Shown: one piece after another, positions 27,119 to 37,311 of the stretch
Position numbering within the stretch: the first letter of the stretch is position 1
Layout: every line of letters begins with the position of its first letter
DNA from: Roseibacillus sp.
GTDB taxonomy: Bacteria > Verrucomicrobiota > Verrucomicrobiia > Verrucomicrobiales > Akkermansiaceae
Length of the DNA stretch: 64,000 nucleotides
NCBI GenBank assembly: GCA_051251855.1
Contig: JBPOGI010000001.1
Coordinates: 1,088,001-1,152,000 of the forward strand
Reading direction: 5' to 3'
The notes under the pieces: generated by a model
The model's database searches: none
Seen by the model: only the letters and a program-made list of their open reading frames with translations
What the model was told of the DNA's origin: nothing
Made by a program: the position numbers and the translations under genes

Positions 27119-27874
27119 ATGAGCAAGTTCGCGGTCATTCTCTCTCTCATCTGCCTCCTCTTCGGAGGAATGCTGGGATACTCTCTCGCATACGGCAAAA
27201 TATTCCGCCACCTCAAAGAACAACGCCAACAATCCTTCCCAAGCCAACCTCCAGCGCCAACCCCTTCAAAAACCCTTCCCTCTGGTGCCGCGCCCTTCTG
27301 GCAAGTCATTGAAGAAGCGAGCGGAAACAAAGTTCTTCCTCTCGACAGCGTCTGCGAGTCTGTTCTTGATGCCATTGGACAAGCGGCCGATGCCACCTTG
27401 GAAAAACTCAACAGCCCCACCTCGCCCATTGTTGGTCTCCGGCGTATCAACGAGGCTTCCCGGCATTTTGAGGACTCATTGCTGATTCTCCTCGATGCTA
27501 GGCCCGACCTCCGTTGCCAAATTCCTCTCACTCGCGAAGGCAAAGCCCAACGCTCTGGCTACCCTGATCTTGTCATCACTCACATACCGACGGGGCGCAC
27601 TTACTACCTCGACCCCAAACTCTACGAAGCCTCTTCGCAAACTTCCAGTCTTCGCACCTTTTACTACACTCCTCGTTACGAGACTTCCAAAATCCTGAAG
27701 TCTGGCCATCATCTCCTCATCGGCTTCGCACACGATGGCAAAGATGGTCAATGGACCTTTCAATCTTGGAGACTCGTGGACCTCTCGAAGACTCACCTCA
27801 AGTTAAAGTCCGAATACAACTCGTCCAACAAGGACCTCTATCAAGAAGAGAACATTGTGAGGAACAGTCAGTAG
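27119..27874 (+). CDS. Membrane-anchored PD-(D/E)xK nuclease-fold protein (restriction-endonuclease-like)
   Basis: N-terminal TM helix, Pro-rich linker, RINEASRHFE, SGYPDL...YYLDPK; start moved to ATG 27119. Confidence 0.6.
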   Translation: MSKFAVILSLICLLFGGMLGYSLAYGKIFRHLKEQRQQSFPSQPPAPTPSKTLPSGAAPFWQVIEEASGNKVLPLDSVCESVLDAIGQAADATLEKLNSPTSPIVGLRRINEASRHFEDSLLILLDARPDLRCQIPLTREGKAQRSGYPDLVITHIPTGRTYYLDPKLYEASSQTSSLRTFYYTPRYETSKILKSGHHLLIGFAHDGKDGQWTFQSWRLVDLSKTHLKLKSEYNSSNKDLYQEENIVRNSQ

Positions 27875-27939
27875 AGAAGCGGAAACACTCCTGCCGCCGA
27901 AAGCTTCACAGACAGGGACAGCAATGCCCCTGCTCCACT

Positions 27940-28320
27940 CTAGACCTTCACTGTCAACCAATCCCCGTTGGCCACAACCTCATAATCGGCTACCCCCAAC
28001 TGCCACTCGTAGATCCAACACTCTAACTCACATCCATCGTCCAATAGGACGACCGCCGACACTCTCTTATATTCATCGTTCCGTTCGTCTTCGATACCAA
28101 TTCCCTCGAACACATCGAGCTCCCCAATGGTCTGCTCATCCACCTCATAGACCTCGCCATTCACCTGACCATCCCCCTCTAACACCAGCCCAGGATACCA
28201 GTCCACTTTGACGAGAGTGCCTAGAACAGTAGCCTCGCCCACGAAGGTGGCTCTCTTCATCCGCCATGCATTCGAAGCTCCCTTTCGCAGTGCTCCGTAT
28301 ACGAAAACACGCGCGCTCAT
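27940..28320 (-). CDS. Gamma-glutamylcyclotransferase (AIG2-like) family protein
   Basis: VFVYGALRKG, YPGLV, V.GEVYEV, LDVFEG, Y.R. Confidence 0.88.
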   Translation of the reverse strand: MSARVFVYGALRKGASNAWRMKRATFVGEATVLGTLVKVDWYPGLVLEGDGQVNGEVYEVDEQTIGELDVFEGIGIEDERNDEYKRVSAVVLLDDGCELECWIYEWQLGVADYEVVANGDWLTVKV

Positions 28321-29402
28321 TACTTCTCTTCTGCAGTATCCTTAACGATGATAGAGTCTCGGGGTTGTTGACCCACTTCCTCACAAAGTCGTTTCTTTAG
28401 CTCTTCTAAGCCCTCTTCCTCTTTCGCCGAAATCGGAATAATCTCGACCTTAGGAAAACGCTGCTTCAGATACTCGAGATTCTGCGCCGATTCGGGAAGG
28501 TCCATCTTGTTGGCTAGAATCTTCCAAGGAAACTTCGCCAAGTCCTCGTCATACATTTTGATTTCGGTACGCAAGATCTGTAAATCCTCAATCGGGTCGC
28601 GGCCTTCTAGCCCCGACATATCGACCACGAACATCAGCAAGTGGCAGCGTGTGATATGCCGCAAAAACTCGTGCCCGAGACCCCGATTTTCGTGCGCTCC
28701 CTCGATCAGCCCCGGAATATCGGCAATGGTGCACCGCTTAAATCCTGGGAAATCAATAACACCCACCGAAGGAGTCAGCGTTGTAAACGGATAGCTCCCA
28801 ATCTTCGGCTTGTTGGCCGACAACGCTCCTACAAGAGTCGATTTTCCAGCATTGGGAAACCCTACCAAACCCACATCAGCAATGCGACGAAGCTCTAAAA
28901 AATAGACCCCCTGCTCGCCATCAGTACCCATCTCACGCTCTTCGGGTGTTTGATTGGTCGAACTCCGGAAATGCCAATTTCCCCGACCACCTTCACCTGG
29001 CTTACAAAGAACAATTCGGTCTCCCGTCTTCATCAGGTCAGCAATAGGTTCCGCATCGATACCTTCCCCGTGCTGCATCTCGAGAGCCTCCGCCACCGTC
29101 TTGGCATCGGTGCGATAAACGACCGTGCCAGGCGGGACTTTACCCACCGCAGGGCGCCCCCGTTTTCCGGTTTTCTTATACTTCTTCCCTGCTTCACCGT
29201 CTTGGGCAATGAGCTTGGGACTGTAAGAAAACGCCTTAAGATTATCAACGTGCTCGCTCACTTCGAGAACCACCTCGCCCCCATTAGCACCATCGCCTCC
29301 ATCCGGCCCCCCCTCGGGCACGAACTTTTCACGGCGGAAGGAAACAGCTCCATTTCCACCGTCGCCGGCTTTGCAGAAAATTCGAATACGGTCAACGAAC
29401 AT
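28320..29402 (-). CDS. obgE: GTPase ObgE/CgtA
   Basis: MFVD...GDGGNG..SFRREKFVP.GGPDGGDG, GFPNAGKST, YPFTT, DIPG, NKMD. Confidence 0.96.
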   Translation of the reverse strand: MFVDRIRIFCKAGDGGNGAVSFRREKFVPEGGPDGGDGANGGEVVLEVSEHVDNLKAFSYSPKLIAQDGEAGKKYKKTGKRGRPAVGKVPPGTVVYRTDAKTVAEALEMQHGEGIDAEPIADLMKTGDRIVLCKPGEGGRGNWHFRSSTNQTPEEREMGTDGEQGVYFLELRRIADVGLVGFPNAGKSTLVGALSANKPKIGSYPFTTLTPSVGVIDFPGFKRCTIADIPGLIEGAHENRGLGHEFLRHITRCHLLMFVVDMSGLEGRDPIEDLQILRTEIKMYDEDLAKFPWKILANKMDLPESAQNLEYLKQRFPKVEIIPISAKEEEGLEELKKRLCEEVGQQPRDSIIVKDTAEEK

Positions 29403-29481
29403 GCCCTTCCATGCGCCAAGACCCGTCCAGATGCAATTCTGTTCTCGCTTGCACCGCTTTCATTCCGAGGCACCTTGCTCA

Positions 29482-30729
29482 ATGTTTGCCCACACTCGCG
29501 AAGCAGCTCTCGCTCAGCTCCAAGATTTTATTCCCGCTTCCGGCAAGTATTCCCGCGACCGAAACCACGTTTCCCCCTATCAAAATCCCAACGTCTCTCG
29601 TCTCTCACCCGCCATTCGCCATCGACTCATCACTGAAGAAGAAGCGGCCGCAGCCCCCCTCGTCCGCTACGCACCCTCCACCCTCGAGAAATACACCCAA
29701 GAAGTCTATTGGCGCCGCTATTGGAAATCCTGGCTCTCGCTCCGTCCTCAAGTCTGGCACGAATATCTCGCTGAGCACTCCTCAATCCAACTTTCCGGAA
29801 CCGACCAGATACGTTACCAGCAAGCAATCGTCGGCAAATCAGGGCTCGCCATCATGGACCTTTTCACACGTGAATTGTTAGAGACCGGCTACCTCCACAA
29901 TCATGCTCGGATGTGGTGGGCTGGTTGGTGGATTCATGTTGCACGTCTCCCATGGCAACTTGGCGCCGATTTTTTCTACCAAAACCTGCTCGATGCCGAC
30001 CCAGCTTCCAACACTCTTTCGTGGCGTTGGGTGGCCGGACTACAGACTCCTGGAAAAGCCTATCTCCCTCGTCGTAGCAACTTAGCAAAGTATCTCCCCG
30101 CCGAAGTTCTCACCGAGCATTCCTCCGGATTAGAAAAACTAGAACACCCGCAACCCTTCCTTCCCGCCGAAATTCCACCCAAACCTTCCGTCACGCAACC
30201 AGACTTGGAACCCTCCCGATTCAAGGCAGACTTAAAAACAGTCTTCCTCATCCACGAAGAAGACCTGTCTCCCGAGACGAGCCCCGCTCTAAATCACGCC
30301 TTCGACGAAATCTGGTGCCTCGCCGACCGCAATAATTGGAAAAACTACCAATACTCTGCACTTAAAAAAACATGGACGGAATCGGCACTCAAAGACGCCC
30401 AAGCAAGGACATGTCAGAACTTTCCGAATACCACTCTGCGAGCAGACATTCTCACCCTTGAAGCAGAGAACATTATCTCTGAACTCAAGGATTCCGAGGT
30501 TCAACAAATTTCCACCCTACGTCCAGAAGTAGGCCGCCTCGCAACCTCCCTTGAGAGCCTCTCAAAACTCTGGCAAGAGTCCGGCGGCTTCTGGCACTGG
30601 ATTGACCGGCCTGAAGACCTCACTCTTAGACCCTTAGCCACCGCGGGCTTCTTTGGTTTTTGGAAAAAGGTTCAGTCTAAAGGACTTCTGCCGTCCAAAG
30701 AAGCCGACTCGCAGGCCGAACTCCTCTAG
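29482..30729 (+). CDS. DNA photolyase-like protein with the FAD-binding domain at the N-terminus
   Basis: YSRDRN, VSRLSPAIRH, EVYWR, ELLETGYLHNHARMW, LLDADPASN..SWRWVAG in the N-terminal half; start moved to ATG 29482. Confidence 0.85.
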   Translation: MFAHTREAALAQLQDFIPASGKYSRDRNHVSPYQNPNVSRLSPAIRHRLITEEEAAAAPLVRYAPSTLEKYTQEVYWRRYWKSWLSLRPQVWHEYLAEHSSIQLSGTDQIRYQQAIVGKSGLAIMDLFTRELLETGYLHNHARMWWAGWWIHVARLPWQLGADFFYQNLLDADPASNTLSWRWVAGLQTPGKAYLPRRSNLAKYLPAEVLTEHSSGLEKLEHPQPFLPAEIPPKPSVTQPDLEPSRFKADLKTVFLIHEEDLSPETSPALNHAFDEIWCLADRNNWKNYQYSALKKTWTESALKDAQARTCQNFPNTTLRADILTLEAENIISELKDSEVQQISTLRPEVGRLATSLESLSKLWQESGGFWHWIDRPEDLTLRPLATAGFFGFWKKVQSKGLLPSKEADSQAELL

Positions 30730-32069
30730 GGGCTGACAGCCTCAATGGCATCTTCGACCACTCCCTCAGGAACTTCGTCGGTGAAGAACGCCTGATCCTC
30801 TGCCGGCAGATTCTTCTTCCATGCTTCCGCTCCATCAGCATCGTCACCATTCCACTCGTCATACAGCCGAGTATAATTTTGTTTTCGCTGGTCCTCATCC
30901 AGAATCTGCCCGAACCATTCTGCCGAGCGCTCATACTCATCATTATGCATCAGCTGATTACCAGAGTCTCGGAAAACCGCATCGGTCTTGAATTCATCAG
31001 GCTGACCCGCGAGCCACTTCGCAGCCTCAGCTTCATCTTGCCGAACCCAATTGCCGAACGTGCTGGAAATCTCATCTCCCGCATTTTCTTTCCCTTTCAA
31101 ATCCTCACTCATGTGCTCAATCGCCGCCTTGGGGTCCGAGTGCGACCACATGGAGGTCGCGTTTTGCGTCAGTTCCACCTTGGTTTCCGCATCCAGATTT
31201 TCACTCTCGATGAATGCAAGCGCTCCCTTGGGATCCTGCCACGCCATCTGTTGCACAATACTCTGCCGCGCGTCTTTCAAGAGCGAATCGTCACCACTCT
31301 GTTTCAAGTAATCAAGGAGCTCCGTCCGGCGCTCTTCATCCATTCCTGCTGATTGAGCAAGTTGCTGAATGACCGCCTTCTGGGTTTTACTCTCCATTCC
31401 ATCGAGCTGAGCCATCGTGCCTTCGAAGTCGGTCTTCGCTTTACTCGCAAAATACATCGCTTCAAATTGCGCCTTCCCCATCCCCATCGCACCACCACCC
31501 AGGCGGTCTCCATTTTCTTGGAACCACGCATAGGCCTGTTCGGGATCGGTTCGCATCCAACCCATCATCGCTCCCATCGCGTTTATATTTTGCATCATCC
31601 CCTTATCCCCCTCAAAGACATTCTCCATCGCGGCAGGGCCGTCTTTCGCTGCCCAGCGGTTTAACAGCATCATGCGCACCGCCATCATCTCCTGACCGCC
31701 TCCCATCTCATCCAACCCAGCCATCAGGGCTTCCAACTCATAAGCGTCTAGATACTGCACCATGTCCCAAATCCCAAACATCGCTTCGAAGTCCATCTGC
31801 GACATCGGCGATTGACGTAATTCTTCAATGAGGGTCTCCAGCCCCGCTCGCGGATTCCGCGACAGTTCATACCCTCGGATATTCGGTTCCACCGATCGTC
31901 CACCCAAGCCAAGCCCCTTCGCCGGAGTAGTAGCCCCTCCCGACTTGGAACTGAACACTTCAACGCTCTCTCCGTCGTCCCCCCCTCCCGAACCTTTTCC
32001 CAAGAAAAATCCTCCCGCGCCAGTCACAGCGGCGAAGACAACAGCAATCGCGATTCCAGTGTTGTTCAT
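30726..32069 (-). CDS. Hypothetical membrane-anchored helical-repeat protein
   Basis: N-terminal TM helix followed by repeated W..xDP..A..W units (WAAKDGPAA, WMRTDPEQAYAW, WQDPKGA, WSHSDPKAA, WVRQDEAEAAKW). Confidence 0.75.
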   Translation of the reverse strand: MNNTGIAIAVVFAAVTGAGGFFLGKGSGGGDDGESVEVFSSKSGGATTPAKGLGLGGRSVEPNIRGYELSRNPRAGLETLIEELRQSPMSQMDFEAMFGIWDMVQYLDAYELEALMAGLDEMGGGQEMMAVRMMLLNRWAAKDGPAAMENVFEGDKGMMQNINAMGAMMGWMRTDPEQAYAWFQENGDRLGGGAMGMGKAQFEAMYFASKAKTDFEGTMAQLDGMESKTQKAVIQQLAQSAGMDEERRTELLDYLKQSGDDSLLKDARQSIVQQMAWQDPKGALAFIESENLDAETKVELTQNATSMWSHSDPKAAIEHMSEDLKGKENAGDEISSTFGNWVRQDEAEAAKWLAGQPDEFKTDAVFRDSGNQLMHNDEYERSAEWFGQILDEDQRKQNYTRLYDEWNGDDADGAEAWKKNLPAEDQAFFTDEVPEGVVEDAIEAVSP

Positions 32070-32199
32070 AACCGTTCCACACTGCGCCAAACCCCACCAT
32101 CTCGCCAATTCCAAAAAGAGACTGATTTCCCACTCCGCGCAGCCGCCTTCTTTCCGAGGGTTGTTTTAGGAGCAGTTCTAGTGTCCATTAAGGCCTTCG

Positions 32200-33285
32200 A
32201 TGACCCCATCTCAGAAGCAACGTTACCTCCGCCACACCCTTCTCCCTCAAGTGGGAGAAGCCGGCCAAGAAAAGCTCTTGGATGCCTCCGTCCTTATTAT
32301 TGGTTGCGGTGGGTTGGGCTCGCCTGCAGCTCTCTACCTCGCAGCTGGAGGGGTTGGGAAAATTGGGCTCGTAGATCCCGATCATGTCGACCGTTCCAAC
32401 CTCCAGCGCCAAATTCTTTTCAACGAGACACAGGTTGATCATTCGAAGGTCAAAGCGGCCACCGCTCGGCTCAAGGAGCTCAATTCTGACCTCATTATCG
32501 AGCAACACCCCGTCCGCTTCACAGTCGACAACGCCATGGACCTCGCTCGGTCCTACGACCTCATCCTCGATGGGTCCGATAATTTCCCCACCCGTTACCT
32601 GACCAACGACTGCGCCTTTTTCCTGAAAAAGCCCCTCATCTACGGATCCATTTTTCAGTTTGATGGTCAGATTACCGTCTTCGATCCACATCGCGAAGGC
32701 CCCTGTTATCGTTGCCTGCTCCCCGACGCTCCCGCCGCCAATGCGGTTCCCAATTGCGCTGAAGCAGGCGTCCTCGGAGCCCTCCCTGGGATCGTCGGAT
32801 CTCTGCAAGCCATGGAAGCTCTCAAAGTGCTGTTAGACATCGGCGAATCACCACTTGGAAAACTGATCTGCTACGACGCTTTGCGCACCAGCTTTCGAAC
32901 GATCAAGCTTCGCAAAAATCCTGATTGCATCCTCTGTGGAGACAACCCCAGCCTTGAAACTTTGCGGCACGAAGGCCATAGCTGCCCCGTGAACGCCCCT
33001 TACCAAGATGTCACCCCCGAGGAATTCCGTCAGATGCAGTCCCAAGGTTGGGACGGTATCCTTCTCGATGTGAGAACTCCTGAAGAATACGCTGCCCAGT
33101 CTATCGCAGGTTCACACTTTCTGCCCTTGCAGGAACTTCCCACTAGAATGAGCGAGCTTCCCAAGGACAAGCCCATCGTCATCCATTGCAAATCTGGAAT
33201 ACGCTCCGCCAATGCCTGCATGTTCTTAGCCGAGAACGGCTTCTCTGACCTCGCCAACTTGGCGGGTGGAATCGACGCTTGGTAG
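32200..33285 (+). CDS. moeB: Molybdopterin-synthase adenylyltransferase MoeB/MoeZ with C-terminal rhodanese domain
   Basis: RYLRH, GCGGLG, SNLQRQ, PCYRC, C..AGVLG, CILCG, rhodanese HCKSGIRS...LAGGIDAW. Confidence 0.92.
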   Translation: MTPSQKQRYLRHTLLPQVGEAGQEKLLDASVLIIGCGGLGSPAALYLAAGGVGKIGLVDPDHVDRSNLQRQILFNETQVDHSKVKAATARLKELNSDLIIEQHPVRFTVDNAMDLARSYDLILDGSDNFPTRYLTNDCAFFLKKPLIYGSIFQFDGQITVFDPHREGPCYRCLLPDAPAANAVPNCAEAGVLGALPGIVGSLQAMEALKVLLDIGESPLGKLICYDALRTSFRTIKLRKNPDCILCGDNPSLETLRHEGHSCPVNAPYQDVTPEEFRQMQSQGWDGILLDVRTPEEYAAQSIAGSHFLPLQELPTRMSELPKDKPIVIHCKSGIRSANACMFLAENGFSDLANLAGGIDAW

Positions 33286-33364
33286 TTGATCAAACTCTCG
33301 TTAATCGCAACTGATAAGGGGAGTGTGAAATTCTGGGGGCCCTCCTCTCTAAATACGGGCCCAT

Positions 33365-33393
33365 AAAAAAGCAGGGACATCGCTGCCCCTGCT
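33365..33393 (-). terminator. Intrinsic terminator of sodA
   Basis: Minus strand AGCAGGGGCA-GCGA-TGTCCCTGCT-TTTTT. Confidence 0.75.
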
Positions 33394-33442
33394 CAAAAAA
33401 TTAAACAAGAAGCCACAAGGCCCCTGCTCAGCCCACAAATGA

Positions 33443-34075
33443 CTAGGCCTTACCAGCCGTGTAATTTGCAGCCACCACATCCCAGTTCACCACATTCCAA
33501 AATGCGTTGATGTAATCCGGACGGCGGTTCTGGTAGTTCAAATAGTAAGCGTGCTCCCAGACATCAAGTCCGAGCAAAGGAGTGCAACCGCAGGTGTCCG
33601 CAGCTTCTCCCATCAACATGCTATCTTGGTTAGGAGTTGAGGTCACACAGAGCTTGCCCTCGGGCTTCATACCCAACCATGCCCAGCCAGAGCCAAAGCG
33701 GGTCGCAGCAGCAGTCGCGAACTTCTCCTTCATCGCATCCAAGGACCCGAAGGCCTCATCGATAGCAGCGGCCAATTCGCCGCTGGGAGCATTCGCACCT
33801 CCAGGAGCGATCACTTTCCAAAAGAGACTGTGGTTCGCGTGTCCGCCACCATTGTTGCGCACCGCGCCACGGGCCGACTCCGGCACTGCGTCGAGGTTAG
33901 AAATCAACTCTTCAATGCTTTTGCTCTCCAAATCAGCGTTACCTGAAATGGCATCGTTCACCTTGGCAACATAAGCCGCGTGATGCTTGCTGTGGTGAAT
34001 TTCCATAGTGCGCGCGTCAATGTGCGGCTCCAATGCATCGTATCCGTATCCCAATTCGGGTAATTCGTAGGCCAT
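33443..34075 (-). CDS. sodA: Superoxide dismutase, Mn-type signature
   Basis: [32 protein letters not shown]; the GGG and QD residues are the Mn-type signature. Confidence 0.95.
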   Translation of the reverse strand: MAYELPELGYGYDALEPHIDARTMEIHHSKHHAAYVAKVNDAISGNADLESKSIEELISNLDAVPESARGAVRNNGGGHANHSLFWKVIAPGGANAPSGELAAAIDEAFGSLDAMKEKFATAAATRFGSGWAWLGMKPEGKLCVTSTPNQDSMLMGEAADTCGCTPLLGLDVWEHAYYLNYQNRRPDYINAFWNVVNWDVVAANYTAGKA

Positions 34076-34182
34076 GATCTGTTTTCTGTGTCAGTTTCGT
34101 TTTGCCAGCGTCCCGACGTTATGTCAGAAAGCTCTCCCGCAAAGCAAAGCACTTCCTTTGTTTTGCGCAAGTGACAAACACC

Positions 34183-35811
34183 ATGCCCTCTCTTTCTTTC
34201 GACATACTCCTCTTGTCCCAACTCACCCAAGCGGAAGCCGCTCGTTTCCAAGTATACTTCCAAATCGGTTGTGGAGTCTTTGGATTCCTCGCTGGGCTCT
34301 TCCTGATGTGGCTCATTTTACGGGCCAAATTCGCGACCTTAAAAGTCCGTCACGAAGAACAAGCACGCACCGCCGAGAAATCTATTGCCGCCCTCGAGGC
34401 CGGTTCCGCCAATCTTGAGTCCGACCTCGAGGAGCTTCGCAACACCGAGTCCATCCTCCTCAAGCGCCAAGGTGAGCTCGAAGCCAACCTCACGGGCCAC
34501 AAGCGTCGCCATGCTGAACAGCAGCAGCTTCTCAACGATATGGAGGCCCGCTTCACCAATACCTTCCGCACCCTCTCCAACGACGCCCTGCAGAATAGTC
34601 AGAAGCAGTTTGTCACTCTCGCCCAACAGGCCATGCGTGCCACCCAGGAGGAAGCGCAAGGCGTTTTCGACAAGCGCCATATCGCCGTCGAACAACTCAT
34701 CGCTCCCGTCGCTCAATCTCTCGAAAAAGTTCAGTCCCGCGTCGGTGAAATCGAACTCGCTCGCGAGAATGCCTACACCTCTCTCTTGGAGCAGGTGCGT
34801 CACCTCGCCGAGTCGCAGGCCTCCCTCAACCAAGAGACCCATCGTCTCGTCAAAGCACTTCGCCAACCTTCTGGCCGCGGCCAATGGGGCGAAATGCAGC
34901 TCAAGCGCTGCGTCGAAATGGCCGGAATGCAAGAGCACTGCGAGTTCCTCAATAATCCCGCCGCCAACGGCAACAAAGACGCTCTCATCACCAGCACCCA
35001 ACTGCGCCCCGATCTTCTCGTCAAACTTCCCGGCCAACAGCAGGTTGTCGTCGACGCCAAGGCCCCCATGGGAGCTTACCTCGATGCCCTCGAGGCAGAA
35101 GACGACCAAGAGCGAGATACTCTCCTCATCCGTCACGCCCAGCAAATCAGCGAGCACATTCAGAAGCTTGCCTCTCCCGACTACTTGGAACAGTTCGACA
35201 CCGCCCCCGAGTTCACCGTCCTCTTCCTTCCTTCCGAGTCCTTCTTCTCGGCGGCACTCAACCACGATCCCGCTCTCATTGAAAAGGGAGTCGACCAAGG
35301 CGTCATCCTTGCCACTCCCACAACCCTCATCGCTCTTCTTCGTGCCGTCTCCTATGGCTGGCGCCAAGAAGCGCTTGCCGAGAACGCTCGCCAGATCTGC
35401 ATCCTCGGCGGCGACCTCTACCAGCGCCTCACGACCCTCACTGAGCATTTCTCAAATATGGGCCAATCTCTCGACAATACTGTCAATGTCTACAATCAGG
35501 CAATGTCGTCTCTCGAGACAAAGGTTCTCCCTGGAGCTCGCAAGTTCGAAGAACTCGGTGCTGCCAATGCGAACCAGCCCATTGCCGAGCTTCCCCGCCT
35601 TCAAGTTCAAGCGCGCAACCTTACCATCTCCAACGAGCAAGAATTCAGCCCAGCTCTCGACAGCTTTGCCAGCGAATCCGTTAGCGAGGAACAGTTCGAG
35701 GGCTTCACTGCTGAAAAGCCAGAGCCCGAAATCGAGCAAGAAGCCGAGAAAGAAAGCAAGGCCAACGCTGCAGCCGACGACCTCCGTGCGGCGCTCGAAG
35801 GGTCCAAGTAA
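34183..35811 (+). CDS. rmuC: DNA recombination protein RmuC
   Basis: TM helix plus long coiled coil, RGQWGEMQL, LRPD, VVDAKAP, LFLPSE, LATPTTLIALLR; start moved to ATG 34183. Confidence 0.93.
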   Translation: MPSLSFDILLLSQLTQAEAARFQVYFQIGCGVFGFLAGLFLMWLILRAKFATLKVRHEEQARTAEKSIAALEAGSANLESDLEELRNTESILLKRQGELEANLTGHKRRHAEQQQLLNDMEARFTNTFRTLSNDALQNSQKQFVTLAQQAMRATQEEAQGVFDKRHIAVEQLIAPVAQSLEKVQSRVGEIELARENAYTSLLEQVRHLAESQASLNQETHRLVKALRQPSGRGQWGEMQLKRCVEMAGMQEHCEFLNNPAANGNKDALITSTQLRPDLLVKLPGQQQVVVDAKAPMGAYLDALEAEDDQERDTLLIRHAQQISEHIQKLASPDYLEQFDTAPEFTVLFLPSESFFSAALNHDPALIEKGVDQGVILATPTTLIALLRAVSYGWRQEALAENARQICILGGDLYQRLTTLTEHFSNMGQSLDNTVNVYNQAMSSLETKVLPGARKFEELGAANANQPIAELPRLQVQARNLTISNEQEFSPALDSFASESVSEEQFEGFTAEKPEPEIEQEAEKESKANAAADDLRAALEGSK

Positions 35812-35850
35812 TCGAAGACAAGCAGATCGCCTGATGTCCACGGCGCTGCT

Positions 35851-36615
35851 CTATTCCTTCTCAAAGAGGTAACGCCTATTCTTCACCTTAACATTAGGCG
35901 GCACCTTCTTCTCCTCGAACCAATCATAGCCGACCTTCAGGTTCTTCCAAAAATCTTCCCACTTCTCCCCCTTACTCTGAGCCATTCTTTCGGATGTCAT
36001 CCGAAAGGGAAAGCAGTGGACACGAAAATAGGGCTGTCCGCCTGCCAACGCCGCATCACAAAGGGTATAAATTTCCTCAATTTTAGCGTCTGTCATAGCG
36101 AAACACCCAATCGACTGACGATCACCGTGCACCATAATAAAAGAGCCCGTCCGCCCATGAGAACGGTCATAGGAATTTGGGTAGCCAATATTAAAAGCGA
36201 GATGATAAAGACTCTTCGGGTTCATCATCGAGCGCGGCACGAAGTAGAATCCTTCTGGAGCTTGAAAATCCCCCTCTGCTAGCTTCGGCCCCAGTTTACC
36301 CGACATCGCCGCAATGGAATAGGTGCGGAATTTCACGAACCTGCTCCCTTCCAGAACCCAGAGCTCCAGCTCCAGCTCTTCCTTAAAGACTCGGATAAAA
36401 ACGGGTTCTCCCAAAGAAAGTCCTAACGATCCTAAATCCTTTTTCAACTTCGGATTGATTCGATCTGCAACCTTCTTAGCACGGTCACCCGACTCTTCAC
36501 TCTTCACCTCCGAAATACTTGCAAACCAAGCCAAAGAACCAAGTAAAACCATGAAAACGGCAAGAGTTCCCATTCCCCCGCTCAATCGACTCTTCTCTGA
36601 CTTCATCTTACCCAT
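35851..36615 (-). CDS. L,D-transpeptidase family protein (YafK/DpaA-like)
   Basis: IRVFKEE..LELW, GPK..EGD.QAPEGFY, YPN.YD, MVHG...SIGCFAM. Confidence 0.88.
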   Translation of the reverse strand: MGKMKSEKSRLSGGMGTLAVFMVLLGSLAWFASISEVKSEESGDRAKKVADRINPKLKKDLGSLGLSLGEPVFIRVFKEELELELWVLEGSRFVKFRTYSIAAMSGKLGPKLAEGDFQAPEGFYFVPRSMMNPKSLYHLAFNIGYPNSYDRSHGRTGSFIMVHGDRQSIGCFAMTDAKIEEIYTLCDAALAGGQPYFRVHCFPFRMTSERMAQSKGEKWEDFWKNLKVGYDWFEEKKVPPNVKVKNRRYLFEKE

Positions 36616-36684
36616 CTAAACTAAGAGCTAACCTTTTCCGGCACAGTTCACAAAGCTTCAGTTCCAAGAAAGGCCTCACTTTTC

Positions 36685-37122
36685 TTAATTTCCACTCATC
36701 CCAGTAATCCCCACCTCATCCCAACCTTCACCTCGAAGACAATTTAAAACATCCATAAATCTCTGATAGCTGGCACCATCCGCCACATCTAATCGGACCC
36801 CTTTCCGACTCCCTCTCAACATTGCGAGCCGGTCTTTCAAACCCACAAGTCCATGATCTGCATTTGCCCCTGCGACTTCCTCTTCGAAGCTTTGCCTAGG
36901 ATGGAGCACCACACGATTATCTTCCTCAACCCGAATAACGATGGGCTTTAAGTCCCCAGGCATCCCTTCTCTCGGCACCGCCATCGGCATATCCTGCTCT
37001 TTCGCTAACAATGTTGTAGTCGCTAAAAAGAAGACTAACAGTAAGAAGCTCAAATCAACCAGTGAACTCATATCAACGTCCACCGAACCACCTGCTAACT
37101 TCCCGACACGTCTTTTCCTCAT
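36685..37122 (-). CDS. ExbD/TolR family biopolymer transport protein
   Basis: DMSSLVDLSFLLLVFF, Y..FMDVLN; AAGGAG SD before ATG 37122. No exbB adjacent. Confidence 0.85.
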   Translation of the reverse strand: MRKRRVGKLAGGSVDVDMSSLVDLSFLLLVFFLATTTLLAKEQDMPMAVPREGMPGDLKPIVIRVEEDNRVVLHPRQSFEEEVAGANADHGLVGLKDRLAMLRGSRKGVRLDVADGASYQRFMDVLNCLRGEGWDEVGITGMSGN

Positions 37123-37311
37123 ACTCCTTATGAACGCGCTCAAACTTATTCTCTTAGAAAAACAATATCTCTTAGGAGCTCTCACGGATTTCTATTCATT
37201 AGGCATTCCAAAAATGCGTGAACTGCCGCAACCGTGTCATCCTGTTCCGATATGTCGTAAGATACTCTCGGTAATCAGACAAACAGATGGTTAAGGTTAA
37301 TTAACAACGCT

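Noticed and set aside
34339..35872. Long alternative-frame ORFs over rmuC (495 aa on +, 369 aa on -)
   Set aside because: The + ORF is S/P-rich and neither shows a recognisable motif. They are best explained as shadows of the strong C-ending codon bias in rmuC.
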